From Mobula hypostoma (lineage: Eukaryota), in NCBI RefSeq assembly GCF_963921235.1, contig NC_086108.1, forward strand, positions 42,842,001-42,906,000: a stretch of DNA of 64,000 bases. Reading direction: 5' to 3'. Below, piece after piece: positions 1 through 15,400 of the stretch. The translations under genes and the position numbers were made by a program. The notes under the pieces are model-generated. The model was not told where the DNA came from and ran no database searches. It worked only from the letters and a program-made list of their open reading frames with translations. Within the stretch, counting starts at the first letter, position 1. Each line of letters begins with the position of its first letter.

Positions 1-232
1 AACTTCTATAGTTCATTCTGATGCTCAGGATGCCTACAAGACAATCACTTCTTACAGCTATTATGATAGAGAAATAGATCAGCTCTACTTTTAAGGAGAT
101 TGTTTATGTGCAATTACACATACATCAGATTTGTTTTAATCCCCCATTCACTTTGCACTAGTGACAAGTACCAGTGTAATTCACTTGCACGTCTTTTTGA
201 TCCTCTTATCTGACATCCTTTTTAATTTTCAG

Positions 233-493
233 TCCCTTGTGAGCCACAGAATGTCACAGTACAACTGGATTGTAACCTCAATACAGCTCTGGTTCTGTGG
301 GACGACAGTAAAGGAGCGCTGTGGTACACTGCTGTTGCGGAAGGAGCTGATGGGAACATCGTGTCGTGCAGAACGTCAGAAGCATCATGTAGAACACCCC
401 TGTTACTGTGCGGCCAGATATATTCTGTGTATGTTGTAGCATCTGACAACAATTGTAACCATTCTCTGAGCTCAGTGGTTGAAATTCAAGCAG
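233..493 (+). CDS. Exon A1 (FN3 domain, 261 nt)
   Basis: ttttcAG|TCCCTTGTGAG...GCAG|GTaact; VPCEPQNVTVQLDCNLNTALVLWDDSKG... Confidence 0.92.
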
Positions 494-3400
494 GTAACTA
501 ATTAATGATATGGGATGTACCAGTATGAAACAAGCTTACAGCATGTTTGGTTAGCTTGTCATGCATTTCTGTGCAATCATTTATACTCTTTCATTCAATT
601 TGTAATCTCAATCCCATGCTAGGCATTTTTAATGCTTTATAAGAATTTTTAGAATTTATTGTGGGAGTTTTTTCAATATTATTTTATATTTACCCATTTC
701 TGGAATTTATACAAATTGACTGCCCTTTACTTATTTATTTCTTTGATTCCCCCAGCTCCCTGTAGTCCCCAGAATGTAAGTGCTCACTTGGACTGTACAA
801 CGCACGGAGCGTCAGTTTGGTGGGAGGAGAGCGAGGGGGCAGTGTACTATGCTGCCATGGCAGAAGGAACGGAAGGAGACAAGTACTCGTGCAATACAAC
901 AGAAGCAAACTGTGAGATCGCAGGCCTCCCATGTGGCCAGACGTACAATATATCTGTGTTAGCGATGGACGAGAATTGCACCAGTTTACCAAGTCCAGCT
1001 TTTAATATTGAGACAGGTAAACTTATAATTACCTTTTTATTTAACATAACAAAAGCTACCTTATTTCACTCGTTAAGAAAATGCAGGAATAAATTGAAAT
1101 GTCATCATTAGGGCTCTACATCAAATATATTCACAATAACTATAGTTAGTTATTATTGTAAGCTTCATCATCAATTGTATCAGTTGCTGATCCTTGCTCT
1201 GAAAAACTGATTACGCAGTTATTTTCCTTTCATTCCCAACAATCAATTTGAGAACCTTTTAATGTAAAGATAAAGTGCAATTTCATAATTCTGTTTGTTT
1301 GTAAGATATGGACATATTTATGCAGGAATACATTGACAGTACTTTATTAATTTGATTATAAAACTATGATTATTTTTTCTGCAGTACCATGTATCCCACA
1401 GAATGTGGTAGCTCACATCAACTGCGAGAATAACACTGTCTCAGTGTTTTGGGATCCCAGCAATGGCTCAGAGTCATACCATGTAACAGCACAAGGGACC
1501 AATGGCCACTGGGCCTCCTGCAATACAACAGGCACTGAATGTGAGGTCTCTGATGTGTACTGTGGACTGTATTACTACATAACTGTACAGGCAGTCCGTA
1601 TGCAGTGTAACAGCTCACACAGCTCTGCTGTGGCAGTTAAAACAGGTAATTCTAGTCAAAACTGTATATTAAAATTCTGCAGATATTCTCTTTTGCATCT
1701 AACTGTTATGTGGCTGAATACTTGTGCAACAGTTTCAGGTTAAGTTCTTCTTCTTGCAGTACCGTGTGTCCCCCAGAACGTCAATGCTTACATGGACTGT
1801 GATGCTGGATTTCTGTCAGTCTCCTGGGAGTTCAGTGAAGGTGCATCATCATACATTGCCACTGCAGAAGGAGGTGACGTGCAGCGATGCAGCGCCAACG
1901 ATACGCTGTGTGACATCACTGACCTGTCCTGTGGAGAGACCTATACTGTCACAGTCCTTGCGCACGATGACACCTGTGACTCTGCTGAAAGTCCTTCCAT
2001 CACAATGAGAACAGGTAACTGCTGGGTCGTCCAATTTCTGAATCGCTGATTTCTCCATCAGTCACACTAACTGATTTCTGATCTGGCAAAAACTCTATTT
2101 TCCTGAAAAAGCTCTCCTGTATCTTTTCAAGCAATTACAAAAACCAGTCCCTCAAGTCAGCTGCTGCTGTACATCCGCCACTCATTTGATCTCCTTGTTC
2201 TCTTCTAGTTTGCTGCATCCCACAGAACCTCGATGTCCATGTAGACTGTGACACAAACGATGCTTCAGTACTGTGGAGCCACACTAAAGGTGCAGTCTCT
2301 TACTCGGCAACAGCAGAAGGAAGTGATGGGCACCCAGTTTCCTGTGAGACGGCCAGTACCGAATGTCAGATAACCAACCTATACTGTGGACAGGTGTATA
2401 ATTTAACTGTGACAGCACTGGACGGTGTGTGTGACACCTCACAAAGCTATCATTTTGAATTTAGCACTGGTATGTCTTTCTACTTCTATATTCCTCATAA
2501 TTCTAAACTGTGCAGCCTGTTTGCCACAACAAATTAATTCACTGTGCACCGTACATTCCACAATGTAAAAATATTCCAATGCACTTAATTGGGACTTTAT
2601 TAGCAAATCTATGATTTGTTGTGTCAAATTATTCTAAGTGACACTTAGATACCTAACTTTAAGTTAGATGACATTAACAATCTAACATTTCTGCTATGTC
2701 CTGATAAATCTTTCTTTTCATTGAAAACATAGAAATATTGACAGGTTTTGTGCAGGAAAAGGCCCTTCAGCTAGGAGGTCTATTCCAACCACCATGCCAC
2801 ATTAAATTAACCTTAGCTGTCTGCACATGGGTCATCCGTCTTAACCAATTTCCCCCTGGGATCAATAAAGTATGACTATGACTATGACTATGTTCCCTGC
2901 CTGTGAACATGCTGTTTAAATGTGTCAAAAGACTTAAGTCCAAAAATATTGTATCGATTTTTCTCTTACTTTTGCTTTTCTATATTAATGGTGTTTAAAA
3001 GGGCATGTTTTTCTTTTTGTAAATATATGGTGACTGTTATTTGAGGACTCTGTATTCAAAATTGTTTGTCAAGATTGGCAATATAACCTGGACCACCTCC
3101 AGAAAAAAAGCAGTTGCAGTATCTTACCCAGTCACAATGTGTTTCTGTAATTTGCAGCCCCTTGTACACCCGAACACACTTCCACCAGTCTGGACTGTGA
3201 CACCAGGAGTACGTCAGTGACCTGGGCGAAGGCTGAGGGTGCCATGTGGTACATTACAACAGCAGAAGGACAAGATGGACACGTTTCACTGTGTAACACA
3301 ACAGAGACGAGCTGTGACTTTGTGGACCTGCACTGCAGTCAGACATATTCAATAACTATAACGGCAGTGGACAGTGACTGTCAGAGTGTAAATACCTCTA

Positions 3401-6400
3401 TTTTTGAAACTGAAACAGGTAAAAATCTGAAGGAGTTTATGAGGCATGAGAAATGTTAATCCAGTGCAAGATAGTTCATTTTCTGAGGATTGTGATCCAG
3501 GAGAGCCACATTGGTAATTTTGGTGTTTATGTTATGTTTGCTTTTAGTTCTAATTTAAAAAAAATAAAGTGGATGCACTATTCTCTAGGTTTCCATGCAA
3601 CTTTTAACACCTTATAAAGGTAGTTATAAATTTCTATTTGTAGAGTGAAGATTTTTCCCTCTTGCTGTGGGACTATTTCCCTTGGGTTTTAAAAATAAAA
3701 TTGTAAATTGTAGTCTGAAGATACTGTGTCTTTGAACAGGAAGTTGGTTACTGCATGACTTCCCAGGATATTTTCTACATTTCGCTTTTTTCCTCTGACT
3801 TTGATATTGAAAGAAACATTCAAAGTGCACTTCTATCATTTATTAGTGACCCATTTGTTTTGTTTTCTCCTCCTGTCCTGAAGCCCCTTGTCCCCCTCAG
3901 AACGTACACGCTGATGGTGTTGGTGTCACCGCCTTTGTATCATGGGAGCCGAGTAACCTCACAGTGTGGTATACCGCTACGGCACAGGGGAGCGATGGAC
4001 ACACAGCCACCTGTACCACATCCAAAACAAACTGTCTCATCCCAGATCTTCACTGCAGCCAAACATACAACATCTCTGTCCTCGCATTTGGTGAAACCTG
4101 TAGCAGCTTCCGGAGCTCCCACTACGAAATTCATACAGGTAAATTAGAAAAAAGCCAGTCAGTGATGTAGTGGCATCAGCATCGAACTTGGAGGCCAATG
4201 GTAGCGGTTCGAATCTAGCCAGCCCCTTACACGCTTTCCATCTGTGCTGGGATGAGTGTTGAGGCAGCAACATGACCCCGTAAAAAACAGACAAATGCTA
4301 AGGAAATGGCAAAAAAAATGCCTCCCAATGCGCCACAACAGCCGAAGAAGAACAGCAAGAACAAATTAGAAAAAGAGGATCTGTTTCTATTACATCTTTC
4401 ATCTAAGCGCATTTCATAATTGTATGTCTATTATTTATTAAAAAATTCACTGGCAAGACCAACATTTATCAGTTCCTCCCAGTTTCATTTGGGTAGGTGC
4501 TCTTGAATTCCCTTTTTAAACCATTTTCTTTTCTCTGCTGAAAGCACTCCCACAGTAATATTCAGCAGGGCTTCCAAGATATTAACTCGGCAACGGAAAA
4601 AAAATGTATTTTCATGGTCAGGATGTTGTGCGAATTGAAGAGGAACCGGGAGTTGTTGATACACATTGCAGCCTCAGAGTGAACTTGTGATAGACAAAGT
4701 GAATGTTTATGATGAAGGATGGGATGCCATTCCAATAGATTGCATTGTACGAGATGGCATCAGCCTTGTGAGCTGTTGTTGTTGCCAGGCAGTACAGAGA
4801 GAGCCTTCAGTTCACCACTCATTGTAGATGGTGGTTGCTAGATGTAAAGTGAAAGTGATGTTTGCTATAGTCGGTGAGTCTAGGGCATGATCTCAGAATA
4901 GAAGGATGTCCATTTAGAACAGAGATAGGGAGGAATTTCTTTTGCCAGAGGGTAGGGAACCTGTGGAATTCATTGCCATAAATGGCTTGGTCATTGAGCA
5001 TAATTAAAGCAGAGGTTGATAGGTTGCTGATTAGTCAGGGCATCAAAGGTTACAGGGAGAAGGCAGGAGAATGACATTGAAAGGGATAATAAATCAGCAA
5101 TGTTGGAATGGCAAAGCAAATCATGGGCCAAATGCTGCAATTCTGCTCCTATATCTTATGGTCTATGTGAAGTTTCCAGCTTCCAACTTACTCTTATCGC
5201 CACAACATTCATATGGCTGGTCCTGTTGAGTTTCTGGCCAGTGGTGACTACAGCATTTTGGTGGTTTTCCTTCAGTGAGGGTAATGCCATTGATCATCAA
5301 GGAGAGATGATTAGATTACATCTTTTTAGAGAATATCTCAGCATTACACTTGCGTTTTGCAAATGCTGCTTTCTGTTTATCAGCCTATGACTAGAAATTA
5401 TCCAGGCTTACTGCATGCAGTTGTACACGATTCACTTTTCTGAGAGGTAGAGATGGGATTGAACATGGTGCATTTCCTAGCAAGTATCCCCATTTCTAAC
5501 CCTATGATGGAAGGATGGTCATTGGTGAGGCATCTGAAGATAGTTAAACCTAGAACATTGTCCTGAGGGCCTGAAAAAGGTGTAATGACTTCCAGCAGCC
5601 ACAAACTCCCTTTTCTCAAATATAACTCCGGTCATGAGAGAGCTTCACCTTGATTCCAATTGAATTTAGTTTTAACGGGAATGTTTAAGACCACTTTCAG
5701 AAGCATTTTGCATCATTAAAAAGGCTGGTTTTGAAGTGTAGTAACTGTAGGTAATAAGCCAATGAGTTGCTCACATCAGAGTCCCAAACAACAACACAAT
5801 TTGTGCAACACTTTTAGCATTTACAATTACTGGCTGAGGAGACAGTAATTATTTGCAGTGGACTGGTCCTGCTTTTGTGCACCTGCAAATCAAAGGAATT
5901 TTATGCTTGGATGCAAGAATTTCATTGTTGTCTCTCTCCTAGGCCATATTGGCTATTCGTGCGCTAAGTTCTGAAGCATGTTTTCCACCCTAGAGCTGTG
6001 ATGTTGTCATCCCTTTCCCAGTGCTCGCGGCCTTTATGCAGTGGGAATTCAATTTTGCTGAAGAAGGAAGCTGAGATGGATGGCATCTCTTTTTAATAAT
6101 GGCTGGAAGTTGCTAAACTTTATCTTTCCAGATATACTAGGCTTTGTCAATATGGAGAAAAAGAGGCTCTGTCAATATGGAGAAAAAGAATATTCTTGGT
6201 TTCGGCTCCTCTCCATTTTTTAAAATTGTCCACTACCATTCAGGACTGGATGTGATTGTTCCACAGCTTTGAGCAGGTCATTTGATTGTAAGATCACTTC
6301 AGTCTGCTGCACCATTTATCAGAGACACATGGCTCCAAGTCCACCTTAACTCCTTTCTGATGATTGGCACAACCTACCTGTAATCTTGCACTACTCCGCA

Positions 6401-9400
6401 GTCCACCAGTCATCTTTTTCACCACTGCCCTCTCCTCCTCTTTATACTGGCCATGTCACCTCTCCACTCTCAGTTCTGATGCATCAACAATTCCCTTCTT
6501 CTGGCAGATGCTGCTCACCCCACTGAGTTCCCCAGCAGATTCTCCAGAATCCAGCATCTGTAGACTCTTGTGTCTTCGTGGTCCTGTGTGGTGCTTTCAC
6601 CAGGAAGATAGATTAACATAGGTGCCCCTTGTGGTTTTCATGGCATGTTCTATTCATTGAACCAGGGTTCGTCCTCAGGGAAGTCTATGAGATTACAGAT
6701 CTGGGTTGATACCCATTTCTTAGCTCCTAGAACTGATGTGAATCATTCCTATTTAATACTGTTAAAGAAACGCGGAATATGACAGAGAGCATTATCAATT
6801 GGATATTGGACATTGTCTCCACAAGGACATTGCAGACAAATTTCAGACAGATACAACTGCAAAAGAGAGATTGAGTATGAGATTAACTAGTTTATCACTT
6901 CATGTTAATTGCCTTGACACCTGCCGCAGCCCCATTTGGTTTTGAGTCAGGGCTGTTGTAGATGACTATGTTATGGGCCCTCCCACCCTAAGTGCTTCTT
7001 CCAAACTTCTCAACATAAAAGAGTATGCTGATCCATGAACTAGGAGAGGAAAGTGAGTGGTAATTAGCAAGACACAACCCAACATCATGAGACCTCATGG
7101 ACATTGTGTACCTACTTTGATGGATACACCAGAGTTCTGCTGTATCCAATACATCCAACTGTAGAGTCGGATGTATCCATTAATAGTAAAGGAGAGCTCT
7201 GAAGCAAAGTGCATAAAGTAAAATTTTACTTCACTTAAAACCCAAGATGTTTGTGAGGAGAACTTTCCAGGGTGCTTTGAGCTGGATATACCTTTGTCAT
7301 ATTCAAACCCGGTGCTTCAGTTTATCCAATATTATTCATATGATGTTTTAGCATACCAACTTGACCTAAGAAAATTGCTTGCTGCATGTTTGAAGCCATA
7401 TATAGACCAGACTGCACAAAGACAACTGATTTTCCTACTGGAGAGAGTTAGTGAACCAGACAGATTGTTATCGTATTCTAGATGTTTCATATGACTATTC
7501 TTAATGATAGTTTTTTTTAAATTAATTCCAGATATTTTAATTGATTACTTTTAGTTGCTGAATGCCACAGTAAGACTCAAATTCATGTCTCTTATCATTA
7601 GTATGGAACTTCAGACCTCTCATCTTGTAACAGAACCATGTGTTATATTCACTGTTCATATAGAAAGCACTGAGAGATTAAATATCTGTGGATATGGACC
7701 ATAACCTATCAATGACTCGAGCTAGAACTTGTTCAAATGATTACACAATAACATATGAGTTGGCAACATGTGGAATATAAAGGGGACAGATTCACCAGGA
7801 CTATTTAAGTTCATATAAAACATTAGGAAGGGCTACTTCTTAAGATTTTTCTCACATGAATTTTTTAATTGCAGTATTTCTGTTTCTATAGCACCTTGTG
7901 CTCCAGATGAAATCGTCGCCAATGTGGACTGTAACTCCAACAGAGTGGTAGTTTCATGGGGCCGGACTAATGGAGCAAAAGAGTTCGATGTGACCGCCGA
8001 GGGAAGTGATGGTCATACACACTCACACAACACAACAGAGACACGCCACGAAATGCTGGATTTACACTGTGGACAGTCCTATAACATAACCGTAACAACA
8101 CTGAGTTACAGCCGGCATGGCATTTCGAGTACTTCCATCCAAATACAAACTGGTAAATACAGCTAATCTTTAAATAGCATATAGCAAGGAAATAATTTTA
8201 TATTATTGTGCATATTTTGGGCCAGTAGGAAAAATTATATTCCAAGTAACACTGTTCATTGCTGAGAATCTAACAACTGAGTTAGGTTCTGATTCAAATG
8301 CAGTATCCTCCTGGTCACATGACTGCCAGAGCAATGCTATACACTATGATTTTTCCAGGCATTTAAAGAGTCATGGCTTTAATACAAGTGATACAAGGGC
8401 TCAAATCTAAACCTGCATATACAGTCTCTGTTGTAACAAAAGGTAATATCTTCAGGAGATTCCAGAGTGCATGTATATACAGACATCACTCACTTCTGTA
8501 AAGATGTTTAGAACAGACTGACAGATGAAGTCTTGTATTTCACAATGAGAGGTTAAATGTTTAAGTGTGAACAGCAAACATTTTATGTTATTATTTTATT
8601 ATGCCCATGTTGAAGGTGTCTTTGAAAGTTAATTTGTTGAACTCATAGTTGTGATTCCACAGATGTAATTCCTCTCTATTTTTTCCTGCCTTTGTCCTAA
8701 TGTGTGAACTGTAGGAAAGCATTTTCAAACCCCCTTCATTTAAAATATTCCCGCTGGTACAGACAATGCAGTGTTCTGTGTTGCAAAATAATAACATTTT
8801 CAAAAAGTTGCTTGGTTATCAATTAAACACCCTATTCCCAAAGTTTTGAGGATACCTTTATGGATTCGTGAGAAAAAAGGAAGACCGTTTTAATGAAAAT
8901 GCATTTTAAAAAGCTGTCCCATCCAATGTACTAATGCTTGTATAGGTTGTTTAATTGCTTAAAGTCGGCATGACTCTATGGTTGTATAAAAACAGAAGCA
9001 TAAGAGGTGTGCGAGATGCTGGATGATGGAGTCACCTTGACAGAAAACAGCCTGCATCATTTTATACTTGCCCTGTTGTACCTGTTGAATCTGTAATCGT
9101 TTCGCTCTGCTTTTGTGTTATCTGGCATGAGGAAGCCAGCTCCATTGGGAATTTGTTCATCAATCCCTTTTGACCAGAGACATAAATATTGATTTCAACA
9201 TAATGTCTGCGATGATGAGTTTGAGAAATAAGGAATGAGAATAATTAAAATTATTCAGTCATTGCTAAAATAAGTAAGTAAATATCTATTCACATATTTA
9301 GTGAAGCATCTAATGAATGATGCATTAGAGCCCATAGATCTTAAAGTAAATATTTGGTAAATTCACAACGATAGTTGATCCTTTTGTCTTACATTCTTTT

Positions 9401-12400
9401 TGATTTCCAATCTTATCTTCAGTCCCTTGTGAGCCACAGAATGTCACAGTACAACTGGATTGTAACCTCAATACAGCTCTGGTTCTGTGGGACGACAGTA
9501 AAGGAGCACTGTGGTACACTGCCATTGCAGAAGGAGCTGATGGGAGCATTGTGTCATGTGGATCGTCAGAAGCATCATGTGGAATACCCGTGTTACTCTG
9601 TGGCCAGTTATATTCTGTGTATGTTGTGGCATCCGACAAGACTTGCAACCATTCTCTGAGCTCAGTGGTTGAAATTCAAACAGGTAGTTTATTAACTGAT
9701 GCTTCATTGTCACAGCAAGGTACGCCAACCAGTGTAGATTTTAATGTGTTGACAAAAGACGCTGGAATTATAATGAACTTTGTTAATAGTGTATTTACAA
9801 TTATTATTTTTCCTAGAAATTTAATATCTCATACCTATTTGTGATAAATTACCTTTGGCACTAATCTGCACATCCCCTTGATATCCATGTCTTCTGTCAA
9901 TCCATGTCAGACAACTTCTCTCTTTTCTGCTTTCAGCATATTTTCTAACCACAGAATATCTCTCTACACAGGCAGCAACAGTTAGTCACGTCGTCTCTTC
10001 TCAGTTGCAACAAAGTTTTCATTATTTTGTTGATTAAATCCTCTCAACCACCAATCTACCCATCTTGCTACATTTTCTTTTCAAAATTCACTTAATTTTC
10101 TCCAGCATTCTTTTCTGGGACACCATAATATATCCCTTCGGAAAAGCCACGTGCATTTCATCAAGAAAGTAAGAATTTACATACAGTATATGCAAAATCC
10201 AAGAAAAGACTTACTACTCATCAAGCCTACCTCACAAGCACAAAGGCCAGCACAATTTAGAAGTAACTATGAAGCGCAATAGACTTGACTGTTGTTCGTA
10301 CAACAACAATCTAAACTGGACTTTGTTGAAAGCGATGATTGTTCACAATAATAACCATACGAGATTTGTTAATGTTGCACGTCACATAATTCATTCACCA
10401 AAACCCTCTCACTGGTGAACAGAAGAAAGGCTTACAAACTGAATGCTGTTTTGGATGCATGTACTTCAGCTGAACTGAAGGTCGGACATAGCCTTTATCT
10501 ATCCTGTTTCTCTCATTCCTTCAGCTCCTTGCAGACCTCAAAATGTAAGCACCTATTTGAACTGTGCAACGCACACGGCATCAGTTTGGTGGGAGGAGAG
10601 TGAGGGGGCAGTGTACTATGCTGCCATGGCAGAAGGAATGGAAGGAGACAGATACTTATGCAATACAACGGAAGCAAACTGTGAGATCGCAGGCCTCCCA
10701 TGTGGCCAGACGTATAACGTAACTGTGTTAGCGATGGACGAGAAGTGCACTAGTTTACCAAGTCAACCATCTGAAATTCAAACAGGTAAAATTTTGATTA
10801 TTCTTTTTTTTTTGAAAACCAACAGAACAGGATCACTAACAAATAGGAATAACATGAATTAGCATAGGTTTATATAATGGATAGGTGTTACGCTAGATAT
10901 TTGGTACAAAATTATTTATGAACCTTTTAAACCAGCCAGATGTTAATCCATACTCTGCTTCCTCTTTCTATAGCACCTTGTATCCCACAGAGTGTGGTAG
11001 GTCACATCAACTGCGAGAATAACACTGTCTCAGTGTTTTGGGATCCCAGCAATGGCTCAGAGTCATACCACGTAACAGCACAAGGGACCAATGGCCACTG
11101 GGCCTCCTGCAATACAACAGGCACTGAATGTGAGGTCTCTGATGTGTACTGTGGACTGTATTACTACATAACTGTACAGGCAGTCCGCATGAAGTGTAAC
11201 AGCTCACACAGCTCTGCTCTGGCAGTTAAAACAGGTAATTCTAGTCAAAACTGTATATTAAAATTCTGCAGATATTCTCTTTTGCATCTAACTGTTATGT
11301 GGCTGAATATTTGTGCAACAGTTTCAGGTTAAGTTCTTTCTTCTTGCAGTACCGTGTGTCCCCCAGAACGTCAATGCTTACATGGACTGTGATTCTGGAT
11401 TTCTGTCAGTCTCCTGGGAGTTCAGTGAAGGTGCATCATCATACATTGCCACTGCAGAAGGAGGTGACGTGCAGCGATGCAGCGCCAACGATACGCTGTG
11501 TGACATCACTGACCTGTCCTGTGGAGAGACCTACACTGTCACAGTCCTTGCGCACGATGACACCTGTGACTCTGCTGAAAGTCCTTCCATCACAGTGAGA
11601 ACAGGTAACTGCTGGGTCGTCCAATTTCTGAACACGAACTCTCTATCAATCATATGAACAATGATTTCCGATGTGGCTAAAATATTGTTCTAAAAATACA
11701 CTTGATTGAAGATTTCAGTTGAATAAACAACTTCATCTTCTTTGTAACTCCATGTGTTTGCCAGATCTATACTGCTCTTCACCTGGTCTTCTTGCTTTTT
11801 TTGTAGTTTCCTGCATCCCACAGAACCTCGATGTCCATGTAGACTGTGACACAAACGATGCTTCAGTACTGTGGAGCCACACTAAAGGTGCAGTCTCTTA
11901 CTCGGCAACAGCAGAAGGAAGTGATGGGCACCCAGTTTCTTGCGAGACAGCCAATGAAGAATGTCAGATAACCAACCTACACTGTGGACAGGTGTATAAT
12001 TTAACTGTGACAGCGCTGGATGGTGTGTGTGACACCTCACAAAGCTCTCTGTTTGCATTCAGCACTGGTAGGTGTCTTGAATTAGATATTATCAATATAC
12101 CATGTTTCCAGTGGTAATATTAGCTACTTATTTTCTGTTGTAAAATATCTGAGACCTCTTATTGGGACAAGGAGCATGGATATTTAAAAGTAACTGGGAA
12201 AAGTCACAACTGATAGCCAGGTATAAAATGTAGAATTTCTGAAAAGTAGCAAGGTATGAGGTGTGTAGATAGGATAAATACAAGCAGGCTTTTTCCACTG
12301 AGGTTGAGTGGGACTACAACCAGAGGTCATGGGTTAAGAGTGAAAGGTGAGAAGTCTAAGGGGAACATGAGGGAGAACTTTTTCACTCAGAGGGTCGTGA

Positions 12401-15400
12401 GAGTGTGGATGAGCTGCCAGTGCTAGTGGTGCATGCAAGCTCGATTTCAACGTTTAAAAGAAGTTTGGATAGGTACATAGAAAGTAGGGATATGGAGGGC
12501 TATGGTCCTGGTTGATGAGAGTAGGCAGTTTAAATGGTGTTGGCATGGCCTATCCCTGTGCTGTACTTCTCTATGACTGTAAAGCAATTTTAAAAGCAAG
12601 TTCCACAGAGCAGTTCCATATTAGCGGAAGACACAGCGAATACAGAACAAAAAGCTATTATTGTATGTTGCCTGGGTGTGGAGGCTGCTGTGAGGGAGAA
12701 GGGTCTGCAGGAATGTACAAGAAGCCTAAAGCCTATGAGTGTAATCTGAGATAAGGAAGAAGAAATGTTTTCTGAAATAGATTGGAGTGAGACTATGGTA
12801 GGATTTGAATTAATAATGAATGCATGACTGTAATTTATACTTCACCTGTTATGGCCACAGGATAACCCAAAGCAATTTACATACAGTATTCTGGGATATA
12901 CTTTTGGATGGAAAGACACTGGAGAATAGTGATAACAGGAATTGTGGTGTGGAATTATGTGCTGCCCTTTCTTCTAAGGGGATACTGTCTAAAGAGAATT
13001 GTTTATTGTAAAGCATTTTCAATGGAGCAGACATGATCAGTATTCTTACTAGGATTATATTGGTACTGGTTTATTATTGTCACATATACTGAGATACAGT
13101 GAAAAGCTTGCTGATGGTAGGTCAAGTCGTTACACTGAGCATTGAGATAGAACAAGGTTAAACAGCAACAGAATGTACAATGAAGTTTAACAGCTACAGA
13201 GTGCAAGATCATAATGAGGTCAAGGGACTGTTTCCTGCAGTCACATGCAGAGCAGTTGCCACAGCAAGCAATATTGTATCCAGGTAGGATGCTTTTGGTG
13301 CATCAATAAAACTAATTCTCAAAATTGATGTGATTGGAAATCAAGGTAGAAAGATGGACCAATATTGAGTTTCAGGCTCAGGGCCATGGTCCCTGAATAC
13401 CAACACTTCCCTGGACTGGGTTATGAGAATGATTGGGCCTTGTTGAGGAGGCCTCAGGTACTCCTGAGGCCTATCTCCCTCACAGCCTTGTAGTTTTTGA
13501 ATGAGTTACTGGTAGAGTTGGGTGGGGAGGTGGGGTAGCAGAGCTTTTCTTTCTGTCCAAGCTGGGATCCTTCTAAGAAAATTTCTTATTTCTGGAAATA
13601 AGAAATCTGAGATTCAGGCTCTTTAAAGACTTTTAAAATTGCTGAAAGTTCCTTGTAAAAGTATTAACCTTTTATAAGTTAATAACTTAGACATTCAGCA
13701 AGTGGTTCTGGCTAAGCAATTACTTTTCCTGTGTCATCCAACATGTACAGAGATAGATTCTGCGAGATGTAAGCCAAACAGAAACATAATAGAGATTTCA
13801 ATAAAGAAATACCCTTTTTTCAAAATTCTTAATTCAATCAAATATGTTGATATTTTTTTTGCTGATAAAAAGCTGTAGAGTACCTATTGTATATTCTTCC
13901 AGCTCAGTAACAGCCAGTTTGTATTGTACACTATGCAGCCCCATGTGCACCTGATAACATTTCCACCAGTCTGAACTGTGACACCAGGAGTACGTCAGTG
14001 ACCTGGGCGAAGGCTGAGGGTGCCATGTGGTACATTTCAACAGCAGAAGGACAAGATGGACACGTTTCACTGTGTAACACAACCGAGACGAACTGTGACT
14101 TTGTGGACCTGCACTGCAGTCAGACATACTCAATAACTGTAACGGCAGTGGACAGTGACTGTCAGAGTGTAAATACGTCCATTTTTCAAGCTAAAACAGG
14201 TAAAGTTTCTTTAAAAATTTCTTAGGGAGGGAAAGGTTACAGTGCTGTAGGGGAAAGGGTATTTTATGAGATCTGTGATCCAGAAAGGTCACACTAGTGA
14301 CTTGTATGTTTATGGAGATGCCTGTTTTGCTATCATTCAGTTGTAGTGTTGAGTGCTATGACCCTGAAGTTTCTATCCGGCTTTGAGCACTAACACTTTA
14401 CGTTCATGGTAAAATAGCAGATCTTTTCACTTTCTTCCCTTCAAATATGAAGGAGCCCTTCTTGTGCCTTGGCAGTATAAGTCCCAGCTAGAGATTACAA
14501 TCAATATTGAATATTGTATTCCAAAGCCATATCTGGTTATAGCATGATTACTGGGGGATCTCATCGCTAAGTGATTATTTTATTAGCTCGCTATCAAAGA
14601 GAAACACTATGCAAAGCTGTGGTAAACCACGTTGAGGTTATTTACTTTAGGTACAAGACGGATGGATTTCTGAAAAGGTAAACACCATTTACTAAAACGC
14701 ACAAATTAAAAGCATTAAGATTAGGTGACATCTTTGGAGATAAATTCAGTTAATATTCCTAGCCCTTGATGAAGCGAATGGAATGTGGGAAGTCTGGAAT
14801 GGTGGCATAATGCTCTGAATGCAGCACATTCCAAGAAGTGCAATCAATGCTGGGATCTGTCTGAGCTCTGTTTATTACAATTCTGATTGGAATTTTTGAC
14901 ATCTCGGTCCTTCTCCACTGTGTATGAACCTTGAGACACAGAGATCTTCGATTTGCTGATGGATTCAGGGGGGCAAAATTAATTGCATGCTTTCCTGTTG
15001 GACTGTCTGTAAACTCAGCCCCCAACATAACAGCAGAGAGCTGCCTCCCATATCCTGTGTCATATCGGAATCCAAAATCCAATTGAGTTCATTTGGCTTG
15101 TAGACCAGGGTTTTAGTGGGCAATGAAAAAAGAAAATTTTGTTTTTAAAATGGGATTGCTTTAGTTTTAATCATTTCTGCATAAATATGATTTTAATTGT
15201 TTTCAACACATTTTCTAATATTTTTATTGTTTTACATTTAATTGTTTTTAAATATTTTTGAGTATCAAAATAATCTAAAAATTGATTAAAATTCATATCA
15301 GCTCCGATAGAAGCCAAGGCCCTCAGCCCTGCACCATCTTTTATTAGGAACTGTTCAGAGCAACTTGGGACTGGGTTCATAGTTCTATAATTTCTAAGGT

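Noticed and set aside
6144-6189. Direct repeat TGTCAATATGGAGAAAAAGA x2
   Set aside because: A small local duplication with no sign of function.
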